From: Pseudomonas phage sp. 30-2
Sequence record: LC727697.1
DNA: 64,000 bases
Direction: 5' to 3' (one strand)
Within the stretch, counting starts at the first letter, position 1; the number at the start of each line of letters is the position of its first letter. The notes beneath the pieces were generated by a model. That model searched no databases. It was not told the DNA's origin and was given only the letters and a program-made list of their open reading frames with translations. The position numbers and the translations under genes are program-made. Shown here in pieces: positions 8,007-17,602 of this stretch.

Positions 8007-8363
8007 TCAAACGTTAGCTTCGTACCATTCGAAAGAAGATTTAATTTGTTCTACTTCGTTTGAAGTAATTGTTCTCGGAGTAAGAAATTCTTCATACGAA
8101 GACGGTTTAATTTCATTTACGTCGTCTTCTGATTTCAAACCGAGATACTCGCCTGTTTGAATAGAATAAACATGATACATTTGTTTGCCTTGCTTAATTC
8201 CTGCTCGATGCCCGCGGACTACCGAATCAACTACAACGCCATTAGCAGTTGAAATAGGAGTGATAACATTGAGTCGAACAACAATACGGGTATTATGCAT
8301 TTTAATACATTCCTTTCCAAAAATCGTCTTCATCTTGATATGTATCGTATTCATATATGTCAC
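8007..8363 (-). CDS. hypothetical protein (118 aa)
   Basis: ORF. Confidence 0.4.
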   Translation of the reverse strand: MTYMNTIHIKMKTIFGKECIKMHNTRIVVRLNVITPISTANGVVVDSVVRGHRAGIKQGKQMYHVYSIQTGEYLGLKSEDDVNEIKPSSYEEFLTPRTITSNEVEQIKSSFEWYEANV

Positions 8364-8577
8364 GTTGTTTCTTTTTGCGTTTTCTTAATACTTCTTCTCT
8401 AATAGATTTTACATAACCTACTCTACCCGGAGTTTCGTACACATAACAGCGTTTTATCTGAACCCTTATAGGAATTAAATCCATATAATGGTATACTGCC
8501 CAGATATATTTAAAATCATAACCTTTTATAATTATTTTTCTTATAGGTGCTTCTTCGTGCGGAACATCACCGATCAT
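8302..8577 (-). CDS. hypothetical protein (91 aa)
   Basis: ORF. Overlaps its neighbour. Confidence 0.35.
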   Translation of the reverse strand: MIGDVPHEEAPIRKIIIKGYDFKYIWAVYHYMDLIPIRVQIKRCYVYETPGRVGYVKSIREEVLRKRKKKQRDIYEYDTYQDEDDFWKGMY

Positions 8578-8614
8578 TAGGATAGGGTAATCTGTATATG
8601 CTTCTATTTACTTC

Positions 8615-8851
8615 TTACCTATCGTCAACTACTTTGCGATTATTTGTTTCTGCCCATTCGTATATGCCTGTAAGTTCCTTACAGTTTTCGCACGAAAAAT
8701 ATACTACATTTAATGGATCATCTGCACATACTTTTGGTATTTTTATGTTTATAAGAGTGCTACCACATTTTGCACAGATGATATGTAATTTATTTGCCAT
8801 AGCTATTAATTTATCGCTTTGTTTAACAGCATTGTGCATATAGTAACACAT
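8615..8851 (-). CDS. small zinc-ribbon-like protein (CAKCG...CENC)
   Basis: Two CxxC pairs about 30 aa apart. Confidence 0.45.
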   Translation of the reverse strand: MCYYMHNAVKQSDKLIAMANKLHIICAKCGSTLINIKIPKVCADDPLNVVYFSCENCKELTGIYEWAETNNRKVVDDR

Positions 8852-8886
8852 GTAATATTTAATTCAATAGAAAATATTATTACATA

Positions 8887-8912
8887 GCAAATGCAAATTA
8901 ATCTTGTTTAAC
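8887..8912 (+). promoter_or_regulatory. palindromic motif copy in flipped orientation (gcaaatgcaaattaatcttgtttaac)
   Basis: Central spacer AATTAATCTT instead of AAGATTAATT. Confidence 0.45.
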
Positions 8913-8923
8913 TTGTAACATAC

Positions 8924-8955
8924 AAAAGAAGCAGGAATAATTCCTGCTTCTTTTT
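8924..8955 (-). terminator. hairpin aaaagaagcagg-aataatt-cctgcttctttt
   Basis: Perfect stem flanked by A/T runs, so bidirectional. Confidence 0.6.
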
Positions 8956-8956
8956 C

Positions 8957-9289
8957 TCAGCTCAGTTCTTCTATTCGATTTGCTCTACGTAGAGCTTCGA
9001 CGAGAATTGATTGCATAAGAGGTGAATCAGTGTAATCTGCAATAACTTCGTAATCACTATTGCAATAAATGCAATACACATGACCTACCTTCACTTTCTC
9101 TGCATTATAAATACAGAATGTATCACTGTCGGTAGACATGATAGAATTCATAATATCTTTTACAGAAGTACTCTTCTCGATCGCCCAATCACCCCCTTCG
9201 TAAACGGAAACTGAATAACCCCGGGCAATTGCATGAGTAACAAAACCACGTACAATATAACGCATATTTCTTACACTGATAGTATTCAT
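8957..9289 (-). CDS. hypothetical protein (110 aa)
   Basis: ORF ending at the hairpin. Confidence 0.45.
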   Translation of the reverse strand: MNTISVRNMRYIVRGFVTHAIARGYSVSVYEGGDWAIEKSTSVKDIMNSIMSTDSDTFCIYNAEKVKVGHVYCIYCNSDYEVIADYTDSPLMQSILVEALRRANRIEELS

Positions 9290-9316
9290 TGCCGTTCTCC
9301 TGTGTAGAGAGAATTA

Positions 9317-9718
9317 CTAATTAGCGTTCCAGCAAGTGTCAAACACAAGCAAATCTGTTAGTAGTTTCCACTCCGCTGCGGCAAGGTATGCCGAATGTTT
9401 TTCTACAAATTCGGGACTATGTAACGAAACTGACCAGCCGTTGCCGCGAATATACACCCGTTCTTTACTCCGGGCTACCTTGCCGTCTTTACGCATTGCA
9501 TCCTTGTGATGCGGATGCCCGGCAGTGCTAGACCACTGTACTGCCATTTGATGCAGTGCTACTTCGAAAAGTTCTGCATCTGACATGTTTATGTCCAGAT
9601 CCGGCACTTCAGCATCATATATGTTTGTCCCTACATAAAACTTTGCGTAACTTTTCATGACAGACAATCCTTTATGTTTTAGTTCTGTTATTAAACTTCT
9701 ATAAACACATAATAGCAA
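9317..9718 (-). CDS. hypothetical protein (133 aa)
   Basis: ORF with moderately raised GC. Confidence 0.45.
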   Translation of the reverse strand: MLLCVYRSLITELKHKGLSVMKSYAKFYVGTNIYDAEVPDLDINMSDAELFEVALHQMAVQWSSTAGHPHHKDAMRKDGKVARSKERVYIRGNGWSVSLHSPEFVEKHSAYLAAAEWKLLTDLLVFDTCWNAN

Positions 9719-9817
9719 AACTACTATGTATTGTAACTCAAAAATTTGTAACAGAGATCCTATCTAAGTTTTCCATCTCATATCCATGTTTAGAAGTCGT
9801 TTCTATTATACAAGATA

Positions 9818-9850
9818 GCAAATGCAAATAAGATTAATTAGTGTTTGCAA
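9818..9850 (-). promoter_or_regulatory. palindromic motif copy (gcaaatgcaaataagattaattagtgtttgcaa)
   Basis: Matches consensus. Confidence 0.5.
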
Positions 9851-10228
9851 TTTAACAACTGTGTTACTAATATATTCTTTTATAGATATATTGCAAATGT
9901 TAGTATGTTACTCCTACCCAAAAGTAGCCTACTCGCAGGTAGCAGTGATGGCCGTCATAATATATCGGCTTACACCAAATAAAAGGTTCATTGGGTTTGC
10001 TACCCCAAGTCGGATCCCATCCTATATTCCAATCACCATAACGCACAGCCCAATATATATGTTTTAAGATATTCATTTATTTTTGCCTCTATCATAATAG
10101 CTAGTTGATATTTTTGTAGTTATCATAAGATAATTACTACTTAGCATCAAAGACAAAGTAGTCATGCCTTCTTTATTGTCACTTAATACAGGAATAAAGA
10201 ACTGGAATTAATTATTCTTTATTTTTTG

Positions 10229-10282
10229 CAGTATTGATGCTGATACAAGAAACTGTAATAGTCTATATCAGCATCAATACTG
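10229..10282. repeat. perfect 17-bp inverted repeat cagtattgatgctgata / tatcagcatcaatactg with a 20-nt spacer
   Basis: Read directly. Not followed by a U-run on either strand. Confidence 0.6.
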
Positions 10283-10287
10283 ATAAT

Positions 10288-10518
10288 TTACTCTGTAGAC
10301 GTAGAAACTAGTGCTTGAACATTAATCGAGAAATTGCTATACATTTGATTAGTAAATTTCTCGAAATCATCTGATTCGACGAATTTTGCCATTGCAGCCA
10401 AAAAAGCTTTCTTTTTATCACTTTCGGGATCATCAGTAGGATGGGCATATTCACTGATAGCTTCGTTTTGGCCATGGATACCGATGTTAAAGACATATCC
10501 GTTATATTTGAGGCTCAT
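10288..10518 (-). CDS. hypothetical protein (76 aa)
   Basis: ORF. Confidence 0.45.
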   Translation of the reverse strand: MSLKYNGYVFNIGIHGQNEAISEYAHPTDDPESDKKKAFLAAMAKFVESDDFEKFTNQMYSNFSINVQALVSTSTE

Positions 10519-10601
10519 TTATGCTGCTCCTTCTGGTAGGATCATAATGATAATTCTCTCGCTTTACTTCAATTATTTCTTTGCATTCTTATAAAGCTGA
10601 T

Positions 10602-10829
10602 TTATTGTTTCCCAGTCGGGTTGTTCGTAGATGTCATATGGGTGAGCTCCGATTCAACAGCCTGTAGTGCTGCTCGCATTCTGGCATTCTCTGCCTTTAG
10701 CTGTTCCAGCTCAGCTATAAGACTGAGAATTTCTTGTGGCTTTGCTGATGCTATTAACGCCACATAGCTATCAAATTTACAATCGAGAGCCTGTTCCGCT
10801 AGCTTCTTCATTTTGTTGATGTCAATCAT
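10602..10829 (-). CDS. Ea22/Ead-like N-terminal-type small protein (coiled coil)
   Basis: MKKLAEQAL start and an LEQLKAEN heptads region resemble the N-terminal part of lambdoid Ea22-like proteins. About 50% GC. Confidence 0.45.
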   Translation of the reverse strand: MIDINKMKKLAEQALDCKFDSYVALIASAKPQEILSLIAELEQLKAENARMRAALQAVESELTHMTSTNNPTGKQ

Positions 10830-10853
10830 TTGGTGGCTCCTTTGAGGATTTCG

Positions 10854-11168
10854 TTAAGATCGCAGCATCTCGGCGAGTTGATCGACAGTCTCTCGCAGCG
10901 CCTCGTTCTCCGCCTTGAGTTTGTCGATCTCGTCTAGCAAGTCGAGGACGGCTCGGGGGTTGGCGGCAGCACAGAAAGTGGCGTTAGCCTTGTCCTGCTC
11001 CAAATCGCTGTAAAAGCCTTCGTTACCGATCACGACTTCGCCATTGTCCGCTCGGATTACAGGAAACAGATTCGACCATGCAATGTCATCGCCTTCCTCC
11101 CAAGTTGCATACCACGGACCCGGCGTAGCCAGTTTTGCTAGCTTTTTTATTTTGTTGGTGTCGGTCAT
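10854..11168 (-). CDS. Ea22/Ead-like family protein
   Basis: KKLAKLATPGPW plus ...AAANPRAVLDLLDEIDKLKAENEALR, the characteristic PGPW signature. About 55% GC. Confidence 0.6.
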   Translation of the reverse strand: MTDTNKIKKLAKLATPGPWYATWEEGDDIAWSNLFPVIRADNGEVVIGNEGFYSDLEQDKANATFCAAANPRAVLDLLDEIDKLKAENEALRETVDQLAEMLRS

Positions 11169-11356
11169 GGAATCATCTCCGCCATTTCGGTAATAGCCTT
11201 TGCTAGGGCAAGGGCGTGTTCACAGTTACGGGCGCTTTTGCGAAGTGGAGTGCTGACGATGCGCATGTTAGTCACCCAAAATGTAAGCGATTAGGCAGGC
11301 GTAAATGGCCAGTCCAGGATGGCCAGAGAAGGCAAGGACTAGAGCGATTACCCAGA

Positions 11357-11623
11357 TCATGCGATCTCCTCCTTCGCCTGCAGTGTCATGTTGAGGTTAT
11401 ATTGCTTAGCGCAGGAGCAAAGGCGGCGAAGTTCATCGTTCTCGTCCGCCATGTGAAAAAATTCGATGTTGTAGTTGTTCAGCTTCAACTTACCGCTGCT
11501 GAATTTGGCAGATACGCGATGGCCTTGCGTGTGCAGGCTAAGGCCAAGATAGCGGAGTATCGACCTGTGGTCGGTTGGGATAGGTTCGTTCTTTGTGTTG
11601 ACGACAAACAAATTGATGGTCAT
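11357..11623 (-). CDS. hypothetical protein (88 aa)
   Basis: ORF fills the gap, ending 4 nt from the next gene. Confidence 0.4.
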   Translation of the reverse strand: MTINLFVVNTKNEPIPTDHRSILRYLGLSLHTQGHRVSAKFSSGKLKLNNYNIEFFHMADENDELRRLCSCAKQYNLNMTLQAKEEIA

Positions 11624-11626
11624 GCT

Positions 11627-12028
11627 TCACCCGAAGTCATACGCTTTCAGAACGCCATGTTTATCGTAGCCGACTTGACCACAATCTATGCTGCCTACCC
11701 AATCAGGAAAGTTTGCATGGGTGTTGTTCTTCCAATCCACTTCAACCAAACGCTCTTGCATGACGCAAATGAAGCCTCCGATTTCTAGCCAGCGTCCGCG
11801 CGCCAAGTAGCTGCCGGAACAGCTACCTTCCCAATCGTTGCACCGCTCACCCCTGTCATTAATCGGGAACTTCAGGACGTAATGCTTAGATAGAAAGCAT
11901 GCCCGTGTGATACCAATCTTCGGCTCACCGTACTTGGCAAACAACCGATTCAGTTGTTGCTGGGCAAGTTCATTGCGGTGCTGGGCGATGAAACCGCCAA
12001 ACAGCAATTTGTCCAACACAATGTTCAT
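11627..12028 (-). CDS. hypothetical protein (133 aa, GC-rich island)
   Basis: ORF at about 52% GC. Confidence 0.5.
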   Translation of the reverse strand: MNIVLDKLLFGGFIAQHRNELAQQQLNRLFAKYGEPKIGITRACFLSKHYVLKFPINDRGERCNDWEGSCSGSYLARGRWLEIGGFICVMQERLVEVDWKNNTHANFPDWVGSIDCGQVGYDKHGVLKAYDFG

Positions 12029-12052
12029 TCTGCGTGTCCTACGTGGAGACCA

Positions 12053-12487
12053 TTACAGATCCCGGATAGCTTCGGCGTTTTTTTCAAACCACTTGACTAG
12101 CTTTTGCATAGCTTCGGCTGGTGTCTTGCCCTTGATCTTGCGGAACTTGATCACTTCCGAACGATAGGGGATAGACCACGTTAGCAGCTCAATTTCGACC
12201 GGCGAACCTTCTGGCAATACATTCCCGCGATTGTCACACAAATTCATCATAAAGCGCATGTAACCGCTCGCATTCATCAGAATGCTGTTCGGGGCTTCGG
12301 AAGCGCAACCGACATTCGCAAACGAAATTGTCATCGACGGACCAAGGTTATCGGAAACCGACGCGGCGGCGATGTAATTCGGAAAAATCTTAGCCATGGA
12401 AGTTTTGAAGTCTTCGGCGGCTTGCTTGGTGTTTTCTACGATCATTTTTGAATCTCCGGGGCTGTTAGTCATGGCTTGTCTCCCCAT
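12053..12487 (-). CDS. hypothetical protein (up to 144 aa; start uncertain)
   Basis: ORF at about 50% GC. Confidence 0.45.
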   Translation of the reverse strand: MGRQAMTNSPGDSKMIVENTKQAAEDFKTSMAKIFPNYIAAASVSDNLGPSMTISFANVGCASEAPNSILMNASGYMRFMMNLCDNRGNVLPEGSPVEIELLTWSIPYRSEVIKFRKIKGKTPAEAMQKLVKWFEKNAEAIRDL

Positions 12488-12735
12488 TTCACTTCAAGCC
12501 ACAGGTCAACAGACTGGCGTCCTTCGGCATGCACCGCACAGTCGAAGCCGAGACTACGCAACACTTTGAGGATCGCTTCGCTGCGCCGCGAGGTGCCGAT
12601 GCCGAACCCATAGGCGCGGGTAGTGTACACGTACTTTCCTTCTGCGGCTGCTTTGGCGATGTCGTTGAGGATGGCATCGACATCGTCTTTCGCTCGCGCT
12701 ATGTCACGGGCTTGCTCAGCGGTCAGTCTGCTCAT
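12469..12735 (-). CDS. hypothetical protein (88 aa, start MSRLTAEQARDIARAK)
   Basis: ATGA overlap with the upstream gene. About 58% GC. Confidence 0.5.
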   Translation of the reverse strand: MSRLTAEQARDIARAKDDVDAILNDIAKAAAEGKYVYTTRAYGFGIGTSRRSEAILKVLRSLGFDCAVHAEGRQSVDLWLEVKWGDKP

Positions 12736-13055
12736 TTCACTGCCTCGATACCGGCTTCTTGGAGGGCTTCTTCCTGCGCCTTGAGCATTGCTTCGTAGGC
12801 TGGGAGGCATAGACCTCCTATGTAGTTTGTATCTGGGCAGACCACGGCGTCGTAGGTATCTTCCAACCAAGACGGGCACTGCCGCGGCATCGGGACGTAA
12901 TCCTTCATCAGTGCCACACGACTGGCTTTCCAGGCCTCGTAGCGTGCCTGAACATGCGGGTTGAGGTACAAGTCGTCGACTGCATTGTACGCAAGCGGTG
13001 CCGAAGAACGAGTCCGAACCCACGATTCAAATTCTTTTTTCATGTTAGGCTCCAT
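12732..13055 (-). CDS. hypothetical protein (107 aa)
   Basis: About 55% GC ORF. Translationally coupled to the downstream gene. Confidence 0.5.
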   Translation of the reverse strand: MEPNMKKEFESWVRTRSSAPLAYNAVDDLYLNPHVQARYEAWKASRVALMKDYVPMPRQCPSWLEDTYDAVVCPDTNYIGGLCLPAYEAMLKAQEEALQEAGIEAVK

Positions 13056-13083
13056 TAAATCAAAACGTTATGTGTTACTTCTA

Positions 13084-13123
13084 CTATACGTACTAACAGT
13101 ATACAACGTATTAGTACGTATAG
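13084..13123. repeat. perfect 13-bp inverted repeat ctatacgtactaa / ttagtacgtatag with a 14-nt spacer at the GC-island boundary
   Basis: Read directly. Confidence 0.6.
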
Positions 13124-13131
13124 CAAACGAA

Positions 13132-13719
13132 TTATTTGTCTATCCACGCAAAGTAAAATGACTTGTCCTCGGGACAACCTACTTTGATGTACTGATACGT
13201 GTCAACATCAGTATTCTCTTTTACTAGAGCTACTAATCTATCAATACAATTGAAATTTGACTCGCTACTATCTTTACGCACAAACCACGGAGTGATCTGG
13301 ATTTCTGATCCCAAATGATACATAACTGCTTTTATGTTTTTTGCAACAAACCAACTGTCAGAAATATCTACTGCACTGTGGTTAACAGTTACATAATCTG
13401 CATTATCGGGTGTTACACTAAATAGGTAATCGACATCCGGTAAACGAACCATACTAAGTGTGGCATATCCTTTAGTGATGTGTTTAGCTTCTATACCAAG
13501 TTCGTTCAGTATACTTTCAGTAGAATGACTCCAAAATTCTACTATATTGATAATAACACGCCACTGAGCTGATTGAAGGATCCGATATTGGATGATACGT
13601 AACTTGCCGGTCCACTCATAGCTTCGTTCATCCATAACTGCTTCGACTTCGATATCATCCCCGTCTTTGATATCCCATGCATAGCACATATCATTTCTCC
13701 TGTATATAGTTTTATGCAA
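13132..13719 (-). CDS. hypothetical protein (195 aa)
   Basis: Long AT-rich ORF. Confidence 0.5.
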   Translation of the reverse strand: MHKTIYRRNDMCYAWDIKDGDDIEVEAVMDERSYEWTGKLRIIQYRILQSAQWRVIINIVEFWSHSTESILNELGIEAKHITKGYATLSMVRLPDVDYLFSVTPDNADYVTVNHSAVDISDSWFVAKNIKAVMYHLGSEIQITPWFVRKDSSESNFNCIDRLVALVKENTDVDTYQYIKVGCPEDKSFYFAWIDK

Positions 13720-13770
13720 CTACATGTAATGTAGCACTTCAAAATAGAAAACACAATAGGATTAAATTTG

Positions 13771-13796
13771 TGCAAATAAGATTAATTAGTATTTGC
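13771..13796 (-). promoter_or_regulatory. palindromic motif copy (tgcaaataagattaattagtatttgc)
   Basis: Matches consensus. Confidence 0.55.
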
Positions 13797-13809
13797 TAAT
13801 ATAGATCCA

Positions 13810-13837
13810 AAAAGAAAGGGAATTATAATTCCCTTTC
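13810..13837 (-). terminator. GC-clamped hairpin aaagaaaggg-aattataatt-ccctttct
   Basis: Same family. Downstream of 13848-14396. Confidence 0.6.
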
Positions 13838-13847
13838 TAAATATGCA

Positions 13848-14396
13848 TTATTTCTTTGCATTCTTATAAAGTTGATTTATTGTTTCCCAGTTGGGATGTT
13901 CAGAATCCCATACTTGCCAATTAGGATAACAAAGTTTTATTTCAGATAACCTCTTTGTAGTAACGTCATTAAACAATGAAAAATCTTCCTTCATTGTTTC
14001 GTATACATTGTCCGGTAACATGTTGTCGGCTTTTTTGTAATATTCTGTTACTTCGTTGAAACTCGAGTATTTCTTTAAAAGTCGACGAAATTCTTTTACA
14101 TTCTTTTCATATCTTGCATACAAAGGTGCTAATACGTTGAATGCATTATAATTAAATCCTATCTTATATACTACATTCATTTCTCGAAGATCTGTCATGA
14201 ATCGATTCTGAACTTCGTATAATTCGTTAAATGAAGGAGTAAGAACACCAATACGTTTAACAAACGACAGTGATGACTTGCGCTTAGATTGATCATCACT
14301 ACCTGAAGGTTCGAATTTAAATTCCAAGTCGGCAACTGGATTTACCTTGTAATGTTCTAGAAAGAAATAAAATACTTCTAATGCTTTGTAGTTCAT
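13848..14396 (-). CDS. hypothetical protein (182 aa)
   Basis: ORF. Its last 55 bp are duplicated at 10573-10627. Confidence 0.5.
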   Translation of the reverse strand: MNYKALEVFYFFLEHYKVNPVADLEFKFEPSGSDDQSKRKSSLSFVKRIGVLTPSFNELYEVQNRFMTDLREMNVVYKIGFNYNAFNVLAPLYARYEKNVKEFRRLLKKYSSFNEVTEYYKKADNMLPDNVYETMKEDFSLFNDVTTKRLSEIKLCYPNWQVWDSEHPNWETINQLYKNAKK

Positions 14397-14983
14397 TCTT
14401 TATTCCATAATGTGTTTTTGTAATGTAGCATGTTTAAATCAATTTCTCTTACATAAAACTTCTTTGTTTCGTTAGTACATATAGAATGAACATGCATATG
14501 TTCTTGTAGTTCATTTACCATACTATCATTAATACAGACAAATATATCTCCTGTTTCTAATCGAATATACTTATTGTTTGAAATATAATTAAGATTAAAC
14601 GGATTCTCGTGAATTCCAATATTAGCTGTTGCCCAGCTAACTTGAGTATTCTCTTTAATATTAAAAACATTTCCACGAGGAACTGAATCGTAAAACATTC
14701 TTATATCTCCTACTCTAAATTTAGAGCAATCAGTAATAGAAATATACGAATGTACAACAGGTGTTTTTTTATCTAGTTTGACATCATTTTCTACATATGT
14801 ATAAGAAATAATTACCTTTATATAATCACGACTATGTGATATTTCAGTATGTAGGAATGTTTTATTTCTTAGTAATTTATATGAGATATATCCTGACTCA
14901 AAAGTCTTCAGATAATTTATTTTGAAATTTTCTTCTATTAGACTAGTGTATCGATTAATAGCAGCAGTCAAAGAAAATGACAT
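14393..14983 (-). CDS. hypothetical protein (196 aa)
   Basis: ATGA coupling to the downstream gene. Confidence 0.5.
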   Translation of the reverse strand: MSFSLTAAINRYTSLIEENFKINYLKTFESGYISYKLLRNKTFLHTEISHSRDYIKVIISYTYVENDVKLDKKTPVVHSYISITDCSKFRVGDIRMFYDSVPRGNVFNIKENTQVSWATANIGIHENPFNLNYISNNKYIRLETGDIFVCINDSMVNELQEHMHVHSICTNETKKFYVREIDLNMLHYKNTLWNKE

Positions 14984-15147
14984 AGTATGTTCCTAATAAT
15001 CAAAACATTGTAATGTACATTTGATTTATGCAGTGTAACACATATATCAAACTGTCAACAAGTAACAGCCATATTATGCCCTTGTATACATATATGGTTA
15101 ATACTATAGTAGATATTCACAGTAGCTAACGCTACATGTGAATTATT

Positions 15148-15188
15148 GTTTAGTTTTTATCTTCATATTCATTACGATAAAACTAAAC
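15148..15188. repeat. 13-14-bp inverted repeat gtttagtttttatc / gataaaactaaac
   Basis: Read directly. Confidence 0.55.
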
Positions 15189-15214
15189 AATAATTAATTC
15201 TTATTTGTAATTAT
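15189..15214 (+). promoter_or_regulatory. motif-like copy in plus orientation (aataattaattcttatttgtaattat)
   Basis: AATTAAT-CTTATTTG core, as in the flipped 8887 copy. Confidence 0.4.
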
Positions 15215-15445
15215 ATTGCTTTTGCTCTTGCTCTTAGCGGTAAGGGTGAAGGCCCTTAGATGCTGTGCAAAGCACAGCAGAAGCGTCCATTTCCAAGTAG
15301 GTTCAGGAAATTATATTCTCCCGTAATTACGGGAGAATATAAAACCCATATGCCAATATAGGACGAGGGCATAAGTACTCAAAACCATTTCGTAATATGG
15401 ACGAGGCGGGGACCTTTTTCCTCAGATTACATCATTCTCTCATTG
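15215..15445 (+). ncRNA. candidate plus-strand structured ncRNA in a 0.9-kb ORF-free gap
   Basis: Hairpins aaggg-tgaa-ggccctt, ctgtgc-aaa-gcacag and tctcccg-taatta-cgggaga. Duplicated ataggacgagggc / atatggacgaggcgggg. No ORF of 60 aa or more. Confidence 0.3.
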
Positions 15446-15898
15446 TTTCCAATGAATCCCGGAACATCGATGTTATATACCTATGCTAGAAAATTTACAT
15501 CAATGCTGAAGTTGGTGTGTATATTCTTTTGTATATCCGTGTGAAATACAAGCAAGAATTACACTCTGTTTCTACCAGAGCTTCATCCTTTTATTACATA
15601 TCTAATATCGGATAAGATATATAATACGTTTCGCATAGTCCTTTGCAACATTAGACATATCCTTGTCTAACGACTATACTTCAGCACCCAAAATCATAAT
15701 TTAAATAACCCACTTTTGTATGCTTTAATCTGTCTCTAACAGAACAATACTGTGGGCACGATGGGGATAGTTTCTACTACCAATATCCAATAATGGAACA
15801 GAGCTGCTTGTGAATGGAACAAAGTAGCTGTTACGACAGCATGAACAAATTATACTAGTATACACATCAAATGTCAAATACTTTGATTATGTATAATT

Positions 15899-16156
15899 TT
15901 AAATCTTAAATGATACTACTTCAAAGTCTTCTACTTTAAGCTTAAACTTCTTATCCTGTTCTGTTCTTGCCGTAAGATATTCTTGTAGAGTATTCATATG
16001 ACTAAATCCGAAGCCGGATTTGTGCAGACTACGGATCCTATCAATTACATATTCTACATCTTCGTTATAATTAATTGGAGATACAGTATCTGATGAGAAA
16101 TGATCTAATTGAAGATAAATGGTATCATGTTTTTTGTTAACGTAAAGTTTTGGCAT
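15899..16156 (-). CDS. hypothetical protein (85 aa)
   Basis: ORF. Confidence 0.45.
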   Translation of the reverse strand: MPKLYVNKKHDTIYLQLDHFSSDTVSPINYNEDVEYVIDRIRSLHKSGFGFSHMNTLQEYLTARTEQDKKFKLKVEDFEVVSFKI

Positions 16157-16157
16157 T

Positions 16158-16355
16158 TTATTTTACCTTATCTAAGTTAATAACTGCATCTGACCGTATG
16201 CAAACGGTGTTATTAAAAATACCACCTACTTTGTTACATTTTTCTTCTAGTACATTTATTTCTGTGTATTGTAGAATTAATACCCATACACACAAGATAA
16301 TAATTGTACCCAAACTAATCAATGGCCAATCTGTAAATCCTGTTTGTTTTTTCAT
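16158..16355 (-). CDS. small membrane protein (65 aa)
   Basis: One TM helix. 1-nt spacing to its neighbour. Confidence 0.45.
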   Translation of the reverse strand: MKKQTGFTDWPLISLGTIIILCVWVLILQYTEINVLEEKCNKVGGIFNNTVCIRSDAVINLDKVK

Positions 16356-16368
16356 ATATTCCTCAAAA

Positions 16369-16773
16369 TTAATAAAACGAAGCTATTCCGTATTCTAAAT
16401 TAGAGTCAAAATATACTATATATCTTTCACTATTATTCAACAAATCTATTTGTTCTTGTGTTATTTCTGTATATTTAAATTTTATAATAGATTTATGTGT
16501 AACTAAATCATTGAGCTTAGCATAAAGATTGTCTAATACAGGCATTTCATCAGTGTTTACTTCGTTTAATATAACGGCAACACTTTCTTGCTGGCAATAT
16601 ATATAATATATATTCATTACTACATAAAGGTATTTTATTCCCTTTATACTTGTCCTACTCTTAGCACTAACACATACATGTTCCATATCTTTGTTAAAAC
16701 CATACTGAAAATGTTTATTTGCATGTATGTTTACGTACCCGATTAGTTTAGCAATTTTAAGAATATCTTCCAT
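16369..16773 (-). CDS. hypothetical protein (134 aa)
   Basis: ORF. Confidence 0.45.
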   Translation of the reverse strand: MEDILKIAKLIGYVNIHANKHFQYGFNKDMEHVCVSAKSRTSIKGIKYLYVVMNIYYIYCQQESVAVILNEVNTDEMPVLDNLYAKLNDLVTHKSIIKFKYTEITQEQIDLLNNSERYIVYFDSNLEYGIASFY

Positions 16774-16774
16774 A

Positions 16775-17116
16775 TTAATTATAATAATTAGTGGGTAAAT
16801 ATTTGTTTCTGTAATTCAGCAATACGCTATGAGTGCATGAATCGGAATTAGAAAATACATGCGCATGCATGAGTATGTGTGTTTCTGCATACGGGTTGCA
16901 TTTTACTTCAACCGTTATTTTTATTATATGATCCCATATGATAGCGAAACATCCAATTTCTTGTTTTATATTCGAATATTTAAGGATTGCGACCATAACC
17001 AGTATTTTATTTAATTTATATGATTGTATTTTTTGCTGAAGAGGAACAGACAGATCAGTTATAGTGCATGCCTTATCAAAATCAAAGTCTTCTGTATTTC
17101 CGTTTTTATCTATCAT
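16775..17116 (-). CDS. hypothetical protein (113 aa)
   Basis: ORF. Confidence 0.45.
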   Translation of the reverse strand: MIDKNGNTEDFDFDKACTITDLSVPLQQKIQSYKLNKILVMVAILKYSNIKQEIGCFAIIWDHIIKITVEVKCNPYAETHILMHAHVFSNSDSCTHSVLLNYRNKYLPTNYYN

Positions 17117-17131
17117 ATGTCACTACTTCTT

Positions 17132-17344
17132 TTATTTCTTGGACTGAAATTGGATAGTAACAAACATATAGCTTAACCGCGCAACACCCCAAATAACCGA
17201 TAGAAGGGAAATAAAGATAACAACTGGATTATTGTCAGTATTGTTATCTATATACATTACTAAATTTATACCGCATATAAACACAATCATTATCAACGAA
17301 GTTACACAGACGTTGTATAGCACAGTGGTAACTAATTTAAGCAT
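17132..17344 (-). CDS. small membrane protein (70 aa)
   Basis: Two TM helices. Confidence 0.45.
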   Translation of the reverse strand: MLKLVTTVLYNVCVTSLIMIVFICGINLVMYIDNNTDNNPVVIFISLLSVIWGVARLSYMFVTIQFQSKK

Positions 17345-17602
17345 GTTTTAAACCCCCTACAAAGCGCATGTAAGCATGCATTTTAAAAGCAGTATGTGTG
17401 TATTGCTTGTAACGCATACCCCGCAAAATCGTGCAAAAAATGCACATTTTAACGCTATATACTGTCATGTTACGGGTACGGGACCTGCGTTTCCTACGTA
17501 AAGCATTATCTTCTTTGTTTTGCTAAAATGTATGCCGTGCGCATAGTAAGACAATCTGTATATGCTATGCAATTGAACATATCTTTTTAATCTAATCATA
17601 CA

